Counted from the first letter of the whole stretch, positions 12,496-26,484 are shown. The stretch: 63,333 bases of DNA, filler included, from Octopus bimaculoides (GCF_001194135.2; 7 parts of 6 records of this genome joined end to end with filler, not necessarily neighbours in it), one strand, 5' to 3'. Program-made: numbers and translations. The notes: generated by a model from the sequence alone, not told the origin.

Positions 12496-13629
12496 TATTA
12501 GCAAGTGTTTGCCTTCATGATATATGGCAGGACGTCAATATCTATCAAGGGCAAAGGACTTCAGCGAGGTTGGGTGTAATTGATTAGTGAGGCACTCGTA
12601 GTACAGTATCCAATGGTCACTCACGTCAATAAGGACGTCACTCACTTGCCCTTTTTATTTGGGAACAAGGTGTTAAATGTATCAATATCGGGTGTCCAAC
12701 AAGAGTTAGCCTTCTGCTAGATATTGGTCACCGTTTGTCAAATTCCCTTTTCTACAGCTCTTCCCCTTGATAGAAGAGCGATCCTGAATCAAGTGTAGTA
12801 CGAGACAAAGCACCTGGACCCTAAAGTGTCGTCAAGCGCCCACAGTACTCTGTCATTCGAACAATGGGTCGGGGGATGTACTACCATGGTGTTTTATTGG
12901 AATTAGTGGTGGGTGAGAGCAGGTACAACGTCCACGAATCAGTATAAATTGATTGATCTCTTAAAGAAGACTTTCGGTTCAGGACCTCTGGATAATTTCT
13001 AAGAATCCCTGACCTGGAAGTGATACTGGATGGCATTGCCAGTTTGAAATAGACTCTACAGACATGTTACTGCTCTCAGCTTGGACTGGCTGAGGTGCAC
13101 ACAGTGTGACGACCGTAGCTCACCCGAGTTTTGCTGACATGTGGAGTCATATCGAGTGGCTTCTATTACTTGTAGGATGGATCCGACAGCATTGTGAAGA
13201 TCAGCCCAGCGCCAGCTATTTTGTTTAGAAAGTGGGTTTGTGGTGAACGGGACTGTAGACAAACCGTTTCTTCTTCAGTCAAGCCCTTATTGACGTTTTT
13301 AAGTTTAATTTAAAAATAAAGGTAAGGGTTGAGAGGGCTTCTACCTCTAGATTTGTTGAAAGGTGCGTAAATTTGTTGGGGTTAGGCATGAGTGTGTGGA
13401 CCCACTCTAAACTTTTATCTGTAAGATATGAATAAAGCCTATTTGTTGGAGGTTCTTTAGTTACCTCTGGGTGATCCGCCCCTCTCGCCTCTAAGAGAGA
13501 TTTTGTTGTTATCCTTTTCTTGATAATCATTATTGTTTTATTGTTTAGAAGTGATTATGCTAATCTCAACAAAGCCTAGCGTTGTCCTAAAATGGTTTTG
13601 AGGCCCGTAAAGCCAATTAACTTAGTAAA

Positions 13630-13632
13630 GTG

Positions 13633-13686
<54 letters not shown>

Positions 13687-13844
13687 ATAGTAGTAGTTGT
13701 TGTTGTTGTTGCTGTTGTTGTTGCTGCTGCTGCTGCTACTGTTGAAAATAGAGGAAAAATCAAGCATATCAAGAATTATTGTCAAGAGAATTTTAGATCA
13801 TATGCAAGTTTATTTACAAATACACAAGCACAAACACACACACA

Positions 13845-13911
<67 letters not shown>

Positions 13912-13920
13912 ACAAACACG
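13630..13920. repeat. (GTA)n/(GTT)n/(GCT)n and (CA)n microsatellites
   Basis: Visible directly. Confidence 0.95.
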
Positions 13921-15229
13921 CGTATATCTATAAACGTACATGTATATGAAGAACAAGAATAGTGGGGAAATATTAAACGGTGTAACCCTAGATATATTGA
14001 CCTGAATATAACTGTGGTAGTCACATTTGGAATGACTTTTATCAGTGACCTGCTAGACCACGCGTGGCTTGACATTAAACAACATTCAACAGTCAAAAGC
14101 CGAATGACACAGGAGATCTATTATTGTTATAAATATATATGATGTAATATATAAGATATAAATGAATGCGATATAAGTTATATTGCAATAGCTGGGTATG
14201 TTAAAATTTAGAATGAGAGAAGAGTGAAGGGTACAGAAGTCCCAGGATGTGTAGTGAGGGTTTGTAATATGTTATCCCTAAAAGGAGATAGATTTGATAC
14301 CAATAGTTATTAGGTTAGTAGATAGAACAGATAAATAGTGACAGGCTTTCCATCGTATACAAAATCTTTAAAATACCAGACAAATTGGTCTATTAAAAAA
14401 AATAAAAGAGAATTTGATGGAACATTATAGAGGCAGTAAATTAATACTAAACAGAATTGAATTAAATAAATCACAATAGTAAGTATCAAAAATAACCGCT
14501 GGTAATAAGTTACAGTTTGTAATAATCTCAAATCCACACTAAATATATTAACTTGACTGGGTAGATTGTTAATAAAAGACATCACCCAAAATCTGACGGA
14601 GAAAGACAGCGTTTACCAAAATTACAATGGACAGAGGCCTCCATGTTTAAGGTGACAGGTACAGTATGAATTTTAACTGAAATATGTAGAATAAAATGAA
14701 ATAAGAGTGGAATAAATCGCTTAGGATATTACAACCTAGGGCTAAATAATTTGATTTTAACTGTAAAAAAAAGTGTGTGGGATGCAACATTGTAAAATAA
14801 ACAGAAACATAGCAAGTGTAGACAAGACGACAGAACCAGATGAAAGAAAGATATATTCTATAACCTAAACAAATTCTAAAGTTAAACTATTTGTATTATG
14901 CAAACAACATCCCAGAGCTTCAAACAACAAACTAACAAAAGAAACAATTGATTTTGTTAGAACAATACAACTTAAGCGTTCCTCTTTTCTTTTCTTTATA
15001 CCATTGTAAGTTTTGTGTTAATGAACTGGAAAAGGCAGCTTTCATTTTTAAACAATACAATTGTTGTCCGGAGAATATGAAAATAATAACTCTATAATCG
15101 ATATTGATTACAGAAAGATTATCAATAATAATTGCATCATCTATCTTAACCTTACAAATTTTAACTTTTTGTATTTCGATGGGGAAGAAAGCACCAAAAT
15201 ATCTGTCAGGCAAAGAGAGAGACAGAGAC

Positions 15230-15230
<1 letters not shown>

Positions 15231-15304
<74 letters not shown>

Positions 15305-15305
15305 C
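15231..15305. repeat. (GATA)n microsatellite
   Basis: Visible directly. Confidence 0.95.
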
Positions 15306-17046
15306 AAACAGAGAGGGAGAGTGAGAGAGAAAGAGAGAGTGAAAGTGAGAGTGAGAGAGAGACAAAAAACAGACATCAGACAGTGATTCTGAATATGGTG
15401 AAAGTGTGCTTGGAATACCCACAGGTTACCGGAAGGTGAATGTAAATAGAGTGGTAAAGTGGATTGGAGAGGGTGAGTGAGAAGTAAGATGAACATGTGA
15501 AAGGGCTGTAGACGAATGAGGAGAAGAAAAGGGTAATGAAATGAGTGATAAACACAGGTGTGTGATGGAGGCTATACTTTGAAATTTTGTAATCTACGAT
15601 GTTTGTTGCGCATACCCTCAAAGGAACATTTAAGGCAAAAAGAAAGAAAAAAAGAGAAAAGCAGTATTTTTCGACATAGAATCCGACGCAATGCAATGAA
15701 CAGTATAAACACGGAGTATAAACATGCAAATGTTGTCACTATCTTTCTAAATCTCACAGCATTTCACATGGAATTTTTCGTGTTCCATAGTCGCCTTGGT
15801 CTATAAGTCAACCTACATTTTTGGGGTATAAATTTTGATTACATATATTCGACTTGCATGCCGGAAAATAGGGTACAGACTAAATTTGCTGAAACTGTGT
15901 AGCAGGCCCCTTTCAGTAAGGACAGTTAGGAATGCACATGAAGATGTATGAGAAACGAAAGGGGAACAGTGTGGATTGAGATGAATTAGGAGCTGCATTT
16001 GGACATAGATTTAGGGGACTCTTCACCAGTTCACACCAGATGGAGGTTGGGAGGAAAGTGGATTGGCAAACTCGTTAAAAATGATTTGCCTTATTTATCC
16101 TTTAGGTTTTTAAGTATAAATCACGCTGAGGTCAACTTTACCTTTTATCTTTCCCTAATCGATAAAATAAAATATCAATCAAATTCTAGGCTCGGTAACA
16201 ACTTATACCCCACACCCTCCTCTTTCAGGTTTTGTGTCTAAATTAGAATGTCTCAAGGTATATATTCTTGGAGGAAGCATCAGTGATGTTTCTTAGGTCT
16301 CTGGGGTCTGTATGCGTGTAGAGGCGTCACCCAGTTAACCCAATTGGGTTGGAACAACTTTCAGCTTGTGTCCCTTGGCATCAAACCACAGATCTACCCT
16401 AATTATCCAATAATGGTATTTGTGCTTCCCATTTATTTAACCCTTTACCTGTTCAAAGACTATAAATTTTCCATAAACATCCACAATTTTCATTTAACTC
16501 TTCTTTATGTTACAATCTGAATAAAATAAAGATTTCCTTTTCCTGAAGCCCAAGAACGTGTATCATACATGATGCATCGATGCCGGCAAAATATATTTTG
16601 TGTATCACATGTGATACCCAGGACGAATGTTATGGAGTCTGTTGGTGAATTTGTTAGAGACGTGTGTATTTCCAACCGTTTATGTAATTCATTTGAGTAT
16701 TAAAGTTTTGTGAAATCTCATTAACCTTTCTTCTTTGCAAAGCACTTTCATCTGTTTGTCCTAAATGTTTGTGTGTGTTATTAAACTGAAATATAATCTT
16801 CTCGCTCGTCTGTCTCTTCCCAATAATGATTAACAAGAACCAGAAAGAAGAAAATCGAAAATGAGACAAAGAGATATTCTAAGGAAAGGATTTGGTACAT
16901 TGGATTGTTGTGGGTGAATGAACACTGAGAAGATGAACATGCGAAAAGAGAAGGGGAAATGCAATGGGTGATAAACAACCGTGTATATATATATATATAT
17001 ATNNNNNNNNNNNNNNNNNNNNNNNNNNNNNNNNNNNNNNNNNNNN

Positions 17047-17058
17047 TTAATTAATTAA
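17047..17058. other. Artificial scaffold spacer TTAATTAATTAA
   Basis: Same N-flanked 12-mer. Confidence 0.95.
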
Positions 17059-17326
17059 NNNNNNNNNNNNNNNNNNNNNNNNNNNNNNNNNNNNNNNNNN
17101 NNGAACAAAAGGAGAAAATAAAGGGAATAGGGATTATAAATTATTTCTGGAGCCCATCAGATTCTTCTGAAGAATTATCTAGTCCTTCCGGTGCAAGAGA
17201 GATTCTAAATAATCATATTCATGTGACCCATCGATCAATTAATCCGTTCATTTCCGGTTATTTCATCTTGTTTCTTTTGAGATTTCAACTATGATCTCTT
17301 TCCCTCTCACTATCTCTCTCTCTCTC

Positions 17327-17371
<45 letters not shown>

Positions 17372-17550
17372 CTCTCGCTCACCCTCTCTCTCTCTGTCTT
17401 TCGCGCGCACGCACACACACACTCTCTCTCTTTCTATCTATCTATGTTTCTATCTATCTATCTATCTCTGCTTATAATTGTTTTACTTTCAATTTTTTCA
17501 TTTCACTTTTCCTCTTAACTATATCTACCCCTTTCTCGCATCTCTCTCTC

Positions 17551-17603
<53 letters not shown>

Positions 17604-17711
17604 ACACACACATTTACATATACATATACACATATATATATATATACGTGTGTGTGTGTGTATGTGTGTGTGTATGAATTAAAAGCAGCGCTAATGACGT
17701 AAACATTATCT

Positions 17712-18092
17712 TTGTTGTTGGCACTCTGTCGCTTACGACGTCGAGGGTTCCAATTGATCCGATCAACGGAACAGCCTGCTCGTGAAATTAACGTGCAAGT
17801 GGCTGAGCACTCCACAGACACGTGTACCCTTAACGTAGTTCTCGGGGATATTCAGCGTGACACAGGGTGACAAGGCTGACCCTTTGAATTACAGGCACAA
17901 CAGAAACAGGAGGTAAGAGAAAGTTGTGGTGGAAGAGTACAGCAGGGTTCGCCACCATCCCCTGCCGGAGCCTCGTGAAGCTTTTAGGTGTTTTCGCTCA
18001 ATAAACACTCACAACGCCCAGTCTGGGAATCGAAACCGCGATCCTATGACCGAGAGTCCGCTGCCCTAACCACTGGGCCATTGCGCCTCCAC
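17712..18092 (-). mobile_element. Full-length tRNA-derived SINE with 11-bp TSD
   Basis: Head GTGGAGGCGCAATGGCCCAGTGG (A box)...GGTTTCGATTCC (B box); (CAA) tail; AAACATTATCT duplicated at 17701-17711 and 18093-18103. Confidence 0.9.
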
Positions 18093-18110
18093 AAACATTA
18101 TCTACCGCAC

Positions 18111-18608
18111 ATTCATCGCTCCTGAATTCGATCCGAGGCAAGTGGTTTCGCTTGCTCATGACATTTCAGATGTTTTAACACCCAGCGTTAACAGGGGTCG
18201 TCCCCAAGCGCTACCTTGCAGTGAATCCGGCAAACAAACAAAGCACATACATTGAGGATGTGCACTCGTTTATATGAACACCACCAGAACTGCTTTTAAT
18301 TTGTTATTGAATTTGATCTTACATGTGCATCGCTGTGGTGCATCAGCAAATGATTCTTACACTATTTATATATAGTCATAGACTGGCGATTCGATTCGTC
18401 CCCGGTTCGATTCATGCACGTGACGTTGATAAGTTACAAATATGACAATATATCAGTATCCATCACTCCTGAATTCGACCCGAGGCGACTTGTTTCGTCT
18501 GATCATGATTTTCAAGTGTCTTAACATCCAGCGTTAGCAGGGGTCGTCCCTATGCGCTATCCCGCAGCGAATCTAGCGAACAAACGAAACATATATTGAG
18601 TATGTGCA
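18111..18608. repeat. Diverged direct repeat pair (about 150 bp)
   Basis: 18111-18265 and 18458-18608 align throughout (CTCCTGAATTCGA.CCGAGGC...CCAGCGTTA.CAGGGGTCGTCCC...CATTGAG.ATGTGCA). Confidence 0.85.
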
Positions 18609-19131
18609 ATTGATGATATATATATGCACACACACACGCGCATACGCACACACACATATACATACATACATACATACATACATACATCTTCCTCTATATA
18701 CTGTCCTGAAACTCACCTCTTTCAATCACAAATATTCCCTTTCGATCCTTTTTTCTTTGAATCTCTGTTTCTCTTTCACGCCTCTTTCTCTCTCACCCTC
18801 ACTCTCTCACTCTCTCACTCACTTTCCCTCCATTTCAACTTTTCCCTCTAGCTGCATGCATCTCACCTAATTCAACCCAGATTCCCATAATATGTCATAT
18901 TCTTAATATACATTCTTCTTTCTCAGAGTTTATTAATATCCCTCTAATTCTTTCTCTCTCTCTAATTCTTTCTCTCCATCTCCATCTCTCTCCCCATTTC
19001 TTTCTGTCTCCCCATCTCTCTCTCTCTTTCCCTCTGGCTCTATATCACTTTCTCTCTCCATTTCTCTCTCTCTCTATCTCTCCATCTCTCTCCGCATTTC
19101 TCTCTGTCTTTCCCGTTCTCGCTCACTGGCA

Positions 19132-19188
<57 letters not shown>

Positions 19189-19399
19189 CGATTTCCTTTC
19201 CCTTTCTCTTTCAATTGAGACATATTGATTAGAACTATTTTTGTGAAGAATTACAATTATCTTTACAGAAAATCACGAGAACAGATGGACATCATGTGGC
19301 GAATGAATGGAAGGGAAGCGACTGGATAGAAGAGAAGGACTGGATAGAAGAGCGAAAACAGTGAAATACAACGAGAAACTGAAGTAAGACTTGGATGGA

Positions 19400-19459
<60 letters not shown>

Positions 19460-19956
19460 AATTCTGAATCCATAGTTAAAATTTGAGAGAAAGATTAAGG
19501 CTAACGGAATATACGTGTACTCACGCGTAGCTGTGCATGGAGGACACGTCCTTATGTGTATGATATAATATATATAGATATAGATATTTCTATACATGCA
19601 TATAATATATATCCACACATATATATATACGTGTATATATATAATCATATGTATATACATATTTATATATTTCCATTTATACACATTATATATATATATG
19701 CATATATATGTGTGTGTATGTGTATGTATGTATGTATATGTATGTATATATATATACATGCATATACATACATATACATATGTATATATGTATATATANN
19801 NNNNNNNNNNNNNNNNNNNNNNNNNNNNNNNNNNNNNNNNNNNNNNNNNNNNNNNNNNNNNNNNNNNNNNNNNNNNNNNNNNNNNNNNNNNNNNNNNNNN
19901 NNNNNNNNNNNNNNNNNNNNNNNNNNNNNNNNNNNNNNNNNNNNNNNNNNNNNNNN

Positions 19957-20004
<48 letters not shown>

Positions 20005-21393
20005 TGTATGTATGTATATGTATATAGAGAGAGGCCGTATGTGTGTGTGTGTGAACCAGTTAAAAAGAGACAGATAAAGTGGCGGCTAGAAAGATAAAGA
20101 AAGTCGTACTGTAGATGAAAACGACATGAAATTGAATGAGAGGAAAGACAGAGACAGTTACGCACGTTAGAAGAGAAGAGAATTAATAACGCGAAATAAA
20201 GTAATTGAAAAGTATAAAAATGTATGCATAATAGTAAGAGGAGGATGCAGAGATAGTGGAACAAGAAAGAAAATGATAGCGTAACATAGATAAAAAAAAA
20301 CAAGGAAATGTATGAGATAGAGAGAATGTTTCAAGAAGACTCGTTTCCATTAGCTATGAAATGATCTAAGCGACTCAGCTTGAAGCATTACTCTTCTTGA
20401 TCGAGATTTCTAACTTTGGCACAAGGCCACAAAGTTGTGAGGATGTGGAGGTGTTATCAATTCGATTGACCGTATATTTCACTGGTAAATTGACCACGTT
20501 AGAATATGAAATTAAAACGAAAATGCATTTTTTAAAACGTTTTTCCTGCATTTGCCCACATTGCCATGCGACTGCTCTTCGCCTGTTTCTTCCCAATCCT
20601 TTCCCCCAGCTAACTTAATTAAAAACACGAAGCAGTAAATAGATTAAATTAGACATCAAGTGATTGCTTTTCAGTAAGACAATTCCCCGTGTCTTACAAG
20701 ACACTTCATTCCACGTGATTTTATCAAGGGACTTAATTTTATGTATTTCTTCCAAGAACATTAAATTATTCGTAGCACAATAAATTTTGCAGGACAATGA
20801 ATTTTGTTAATTTCTACCAAGGTGCTTAATTCTGTTTATTTCTTACAAGCCACTTCATTTTACATGTTTCTAGCAGGAAACTTAATTACAACTAGAAGAC
20901 GGTAACAGATCACGCGGAAATAACTTCAAGAATTAAGACAATCGCAAAAGAAAAAGATGTTCATTATATTCTACAGTTAAATAGTTCTCAATCATCTTTA
21001 TATCATCGACAACCTCTACAGAATCTGAGAAAACGTATGAATCATTTTCTAGAATCTGGTGAAAATTACAGACTCTTTTTCAGAGTCTGCTGAAACCAAC
21101 ATCTAAAATTTGCAGACCGTTTTCAAGATCTGATAAAACTTATGAAAAACATTTTAGATTCTTCTAAAATCTTCGGAACACTTCCGAAAAACATATTTGG
21201 AAGCATTAGATAAAATGCATTGCTTTAAGATATTACAAGTAAGGTTTATTAAATGCTTAAATATTTTAGTTTTTAAAATATTTACAGTAGACAACCACAA
21301 CTTTCGCCAGAGCGGCTAACCTCGAGGCTTCATATTGTAAAATCATAAGGTGACACACCTAATTGAATATTTTGCTTTTCGTCTCTACTATTC

Positions 21394-21435
<42 letters not shown>

Positions 21436-23646
21436 CTATCTGTCTCCCTCACTCTATCTCTCTCTCCCTCTCTATCTATCTATCTATCTATCTCTCCATA
21501 TATATANNNNNNNNNNNNNNNNNNNNNNNNNNNNNNNNNNNNNNNNNNNNNNNNNNNNNNNNNNNNNNNNNNNNNNNNNNNNNNNNNNNNNNNNNNNNNN
21601 NNNNNNNNNNNNNNNNNNNNNNNNNNNNNNNNNNNNNNNNNNNNNNNNNNNNNNNNNNNNNNNNNNNNNNNNNNNNNNNNNNNNNNNNNNNNNNNNNNNN
21701 NNNNNNNNNNNNNNNNNNNNNNNNNNNNNNNNNNNNNNNNNNNNNNNNNNNNNNCAGCCACGCACACCTGCGCAGTTGAGTGATAGTTAAGATCCGTTTC
21801 TGCCAACGAGGATCTAGTTTTTATCATTCGCAAAATATGCATTTTCTAAAAGAAAGTAAAAAATCTGAAAATTGGTTATAAAGTAGCCTTCCAGTCTCAT
21901 TGCGTTGAAGGTATGATGTTGTGGAGAAAAAAAATGGAGAAAAAAGTTAGAAAAAAGTTTCGATTTCAATTCAAATTTCACCAGAAGTCGCGTATCCACT
22001 TCATGTAAGTACTGAAAAAAATATAGCTGTTAGCTTATAGGACAAGGCTAAGCCAGTAAATTCGATTTGTATAATAATGCTTTCATCGGTAACCTAGTCA
22101 ATTAATTAATTATACAATTAATAGCTTGTGTTACGTAATCTGAAGTGTAAGTTAATGATATACATATTGATAATCAATACATGTTGTATTTATTCTTCAT
22201 TGTGTAATTATTTGCACGTAGAGAAATGTAACCAAATGCATTTTCTATTTATTAGAGAATACAAAAGGGGGATTGGATTACAGCTTTCAATTCTAATTTC
22301 AGTCTTATCTGAAACTAAGTATACACATTCATTTATTAATTGACTATGTAGTCAATGTTATTATTCAAGAAGTGGCTAGTACTCGAATACTACTATTATT
22401 CCAAAATATTTTATTCAAATAAAACTAACCGGTTTAGCGACGCCCAAAGATGGAGGAACCATAAAGAGTTATAAACTTTGTAGGCAGATGAAATGCGTTA
22501 CATTGTCTCAGATGAATTCCATGTCGAATTCCACAAGGTATTTCCAATTGGAATATCACCTGAGACTATATTTGTCACTTAACTAAGACTCTAGGTGTTT
22601 GGGATTTGGCTTGTACCAGACCTTCAGGTGGATAATAACTGAGAATTGGTTGTGAGGAAGATATCCTTGAAACGTAGGACGGAATTAGGTAACAACCCTG
22701 TCTCTTTGGTGATGTAAGATCACCTGGCCATTATGCCTTGTCTAAAAGAAACACATAGCTAGATTAGAGTTTATATTATTTCACTTCTAATAGATTAACA
22801 GGTCCTGATGATCAGGAGGTTCACATGTTGCCAAAACACACTACAAGAGGGTCTCAGAATGACGTAGTTGAAGAACCACAGGCAGTTGCTAAGATTAACA
22901 TATCTGCAGAGATTCTTCGACGACGATGATAACGATAAACAGATACAGTCACTGTTCATGACATGCTTTTCTGAAGCTCGTCTTTTTTACTGAGCTGCTG
23001 TCTTGGGTCAAGGTCAAATCAAGGTTGGACTTGGGTATTGGGAATGTTGCCAATCCCTCACTGCACTCAATTAATTAGGCTATGTGGCCAGTGGAAAGAA
23101 CCTTTACGTCTTCTGTCGAGTATTAGTGACGAGTATGAGTGACTCAAAATGTCATTAGTCCCAGTCTCTTCTGTTTTGAAGAACAACTTCCAAAAGTGCT
23201 TGGCTTGGCTTGGTTTGGTAGTCCTATACAGAAGCATTGGCTGTTTGGGATAAACTATAGTTATGGCCGAGTTTGAGTAGCCAGCAACCGAACAAGTTCT
23301 AGATGTACCCGGATGGCGAAATTGTCCGACAAGCACTCGCACAGATATTACAACGGATCATGTTGTAAAGACTGAATCAGTGTTCCTATATCTGGAGACA
23401 ACAGTGAAGGAAGTTGTGTGGAAGACTTGGTTAAAGGGCTTGAGGACATACATCTTTCAGACAAAGCCATTATCAACTTCTTCAAGTACCAACTGAAAGA
23501 GGATGGCGCTGTCCTCGTGTACGCAGACATGACAGAAGTAGACACCCCATAAAATATCGTTTTATGTTTATTTAACTTGTAAAGGTTTATATTTTTTATT
23601 AATTGACATTTTTATGTTTCAGGTTTTATATGTGACTGTTTAAAAG

Positions 23647-24707
23647 AAGCCTTGAACAAGTTCCAAGCTGCGTACAAAAGAAGCCTTGGAACTGTCTGAA
23701 GGTGGACATAGCGCAAAGTCATAGAAAGCCTTAGGATCATAGCCTTCTACAGTTAATAGAGTGATTGTGCAATTCACCAGAGAGGGGAAGGAGTCCATAT
23801 CGCTTCGCCCAGGTTGACCAGGACTCTCTGACAGGACCTTTCTCTTTGTTAAGAGAAGTGTAAAGGATTATATTCATTGCTAGGCCTCTGACATAGCAGA
23901 ACACGTTGACGTCAGTCCCAGAACTGCTGTCAGGTATCTCCATAAATTTGGTTACTATTGCAGAGAAAAGATTGGGCCAGTGAGATGGTGGAGAGGCTAG
24001 TAGCATTTTGGGACACTGTCGTTTTCTCCAATGAGTCCATATTTGCCGTATTTTCTGACAGTAGTCGAGTGTGGGTCTAGAGACTCTGTGATCAAAACCT
24101 TGATGTGGAAAGATTGCAGCTAACAATGAAACATAGCAGCTATTCTGTGATGGTCTGGGTGGCAATTTGGAGCAATGGTCAATCAGAGCTGGTGGAGTGT
24201 GAGGAAAACATAAACTCAAATAGATATATGTCCTTATTGCAGAAATGGCTCCTTCCAATCATTTGAAGCGGTGAAATGATTAAAAACTTTTTTATTTATG
24301 GAAGATGGGGCTCCTTGTCACACGGATAAAATGACCCAAGGTTTGTTGGATGAGAATGGCATTAAAAATCTTCCATAGCCAACCCAGTCACCAGATATGA
24401 ACCCTATTGAACACATCTAAGACATAAGGGACAGGACATTTCATAAAAAGAACAAGAAAGCATCTTCAAAGCCAGATCTTTTGAGATTACTGAATGAAAC
24501 TTGGCAAGAAATTCCTCAAGAGACTCTACGTCATCTGATCAGTAACATGCCTAATAGGGTCCTTGCATTGAAAAATGCACAGGGCATGTCTACTAAATAT
24601 TAAATATTCACATTATGACAATTAATAAATAATGTGAATGTATATTTTCAGATTGAAATAAATTTTAACGATTATAAGAGTGTCTATTTACTTCTATCAT
24701 GCCTGTG
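23647..24707 (+). mobile_element. Tc1-family (DD34E-type) transposon, decayed transposase plus right TIR
   Basis: WDTVVFSNES, SVMVWVAIW, FMEDGAPCH, P*PTQSPDMNPIEH, NMPNRVLALKNAQGMSTKY*; terminal ...CTTCTATCATGCCTGTG|TA; left TIR not found. Confidence 0.9.
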
Positions 24708-26044
24708 TACATTTTATGAAAGTGGTGAAATTGATGTGACCAAACAGGTTAGAACTAAGGGGAGTTATTTACCTTAAGTGTATCGAGACAATACAAGGTT
24801 AAGCATAGGATGACTCGCATCAATTTATGTGTTTAGTTCCCAATTTTAACATTTTCACGTTGTTTATGTCTTTATTATTTGCGCTATTTATCAAAATATA
24901 TTTGCAAATGTATATTTATCGTGATTGTTGATCTCGCCCATTTATGAGAAAGCACACGACAATAGGAAAATCATAGTCGTAACGGGTCATTCCGTTCATC
25001 TTAGTGTAGTAATGTAAAGGTACAATAGAGGTATTATTTAGAGACAATTTAGGAAGCATTAAGGGGCAAATTTGTAAATGTTTGTAGAGGCTCCACTTTA
25101 AGAGACAGCTTAGAGATGTTTTAGGAGCACTATTTAGAGGTATTGTTTCGAAGTCTATGCAGAAGCATTATTTAACGGCATAAGGCAAAAATTTCTGAGG
25201 AATATCCTTGAAATGCAGTTCAGAAGCGTTTGTAAAGATAGCATTCAGAGAAAACAAAATTTAGAAGTATTTATGTATATAACAGACTTCGTCTTCGTGC
25301 ATTGTAATCTCGAATAATTCAGCTTACAGAGCCAATATCTCTGCAAAGTAATTACATTGACAATCAAACTGTAAATAAAAACACATTCTTCATTTCCAGC
25401 TTTGCACCTTGAAGATCTTGTAAACCTATCAATACAAGAAAAAAATATGTAAATTCTAAGCGAAGCCATATTTTATCTTTAAGCTATTTTATCCATAGAG
25501 GCTCACAAGCACACACACACATACACACACACAATATATACATACAAAAATTCAAATATTCACTCGTATTACAATGTGACTATTTTATTCTGCAGCTACT
25601 GATACAACCATTATTGCCGCTATCAATAATAGCACCACCATTACTACTACTGCCACTACAACTACTACTGCTGCCGCACCTACTGCTGCCGCACCTACTG
25701 CTGCCGCACCTACTGCTGCTGCTGGCTGCTACTACTACTACTGCTGCTACTACTACTAATACTAATATTTACTTGACTCCAGTCATACCACTGCTGAGTT
25801 TCAAATAATTCACATTAACAATTATCAGTTACGCATATGTGGAACGGAGAAAATACGAAAGCTTCTCTCAAATTCCATGGATTTATTTATCTATATATGA
25901 GAAAGAAATATTCTTTGCAAGATAAAATAATGCAGAATGCGATGAACATAATGAAGCCAGAATAGTGTGGATGCCTTCACTACTGTGTTGAAGGGAATAG
26001 ATAAACATGAATGGATTGACATTTCGTTTAGGTTTCTTGAAAAC

Positions 26045-26046
<2 letters not shown>

Positions 26047-26127
<81 letters not shown>
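26047..26127. repeat. (TAA)n microsatellite
   Basis: Visible directly. Confidence 0.95.
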
Positions 26128-26128
<1 letters not shown>

Positions 26129-26376
26129 TAAACAGACTGTATATGAAAAGAAAGAATGGTGGCAGTCTGCTACAATTTCAGTGCTCAAAATGCATGAGGA
26201 GAAATATGTTAGCGGATTATTATCACGCCCTGGCGGAATGAAAAAAATGACAGTAGAATTTCAACAAATTTACAAAAAACTGTTTTTGATTAAATATACT
26301 CTTTCCTTTACTTTTTCTTTCCTTTTCTTTTGTTTCGCTTTTTTATTTCTTTTTCTTTTTGCCAGTTGTAAAATTG

Positions 26377-26436
26377 AAATGTGAAGACTGATGATGTCAT
26401 TCCGTCCACGGAATGACATCATCAGTCTTCACATTT
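26377..26436. repeat. Perfect palindrome, 29-bp arms, 2-nt spacer
   Basis: AAATGTGAAGACTGATGATGTCATTCCGT-CC-ACGGAATGACATCATCAGTCTTCACATTT. Confidence 0.95.
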
Positions 26437-26484
26437 AATAATAATAACAAAACTGTACAAAACTGTACAAATCTAAATATATGG

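Noticed and set aside
12900-12970. IYTDSW motif reminiscent of Merlin/IS1595 transposases
   Set aside because: Flanking motifs such as VNHS are absent.
13960-15200. Possible decayed LINE in A-rich sequence
   Set aside because: No diagnostic RT or endonuclease motif could be read.
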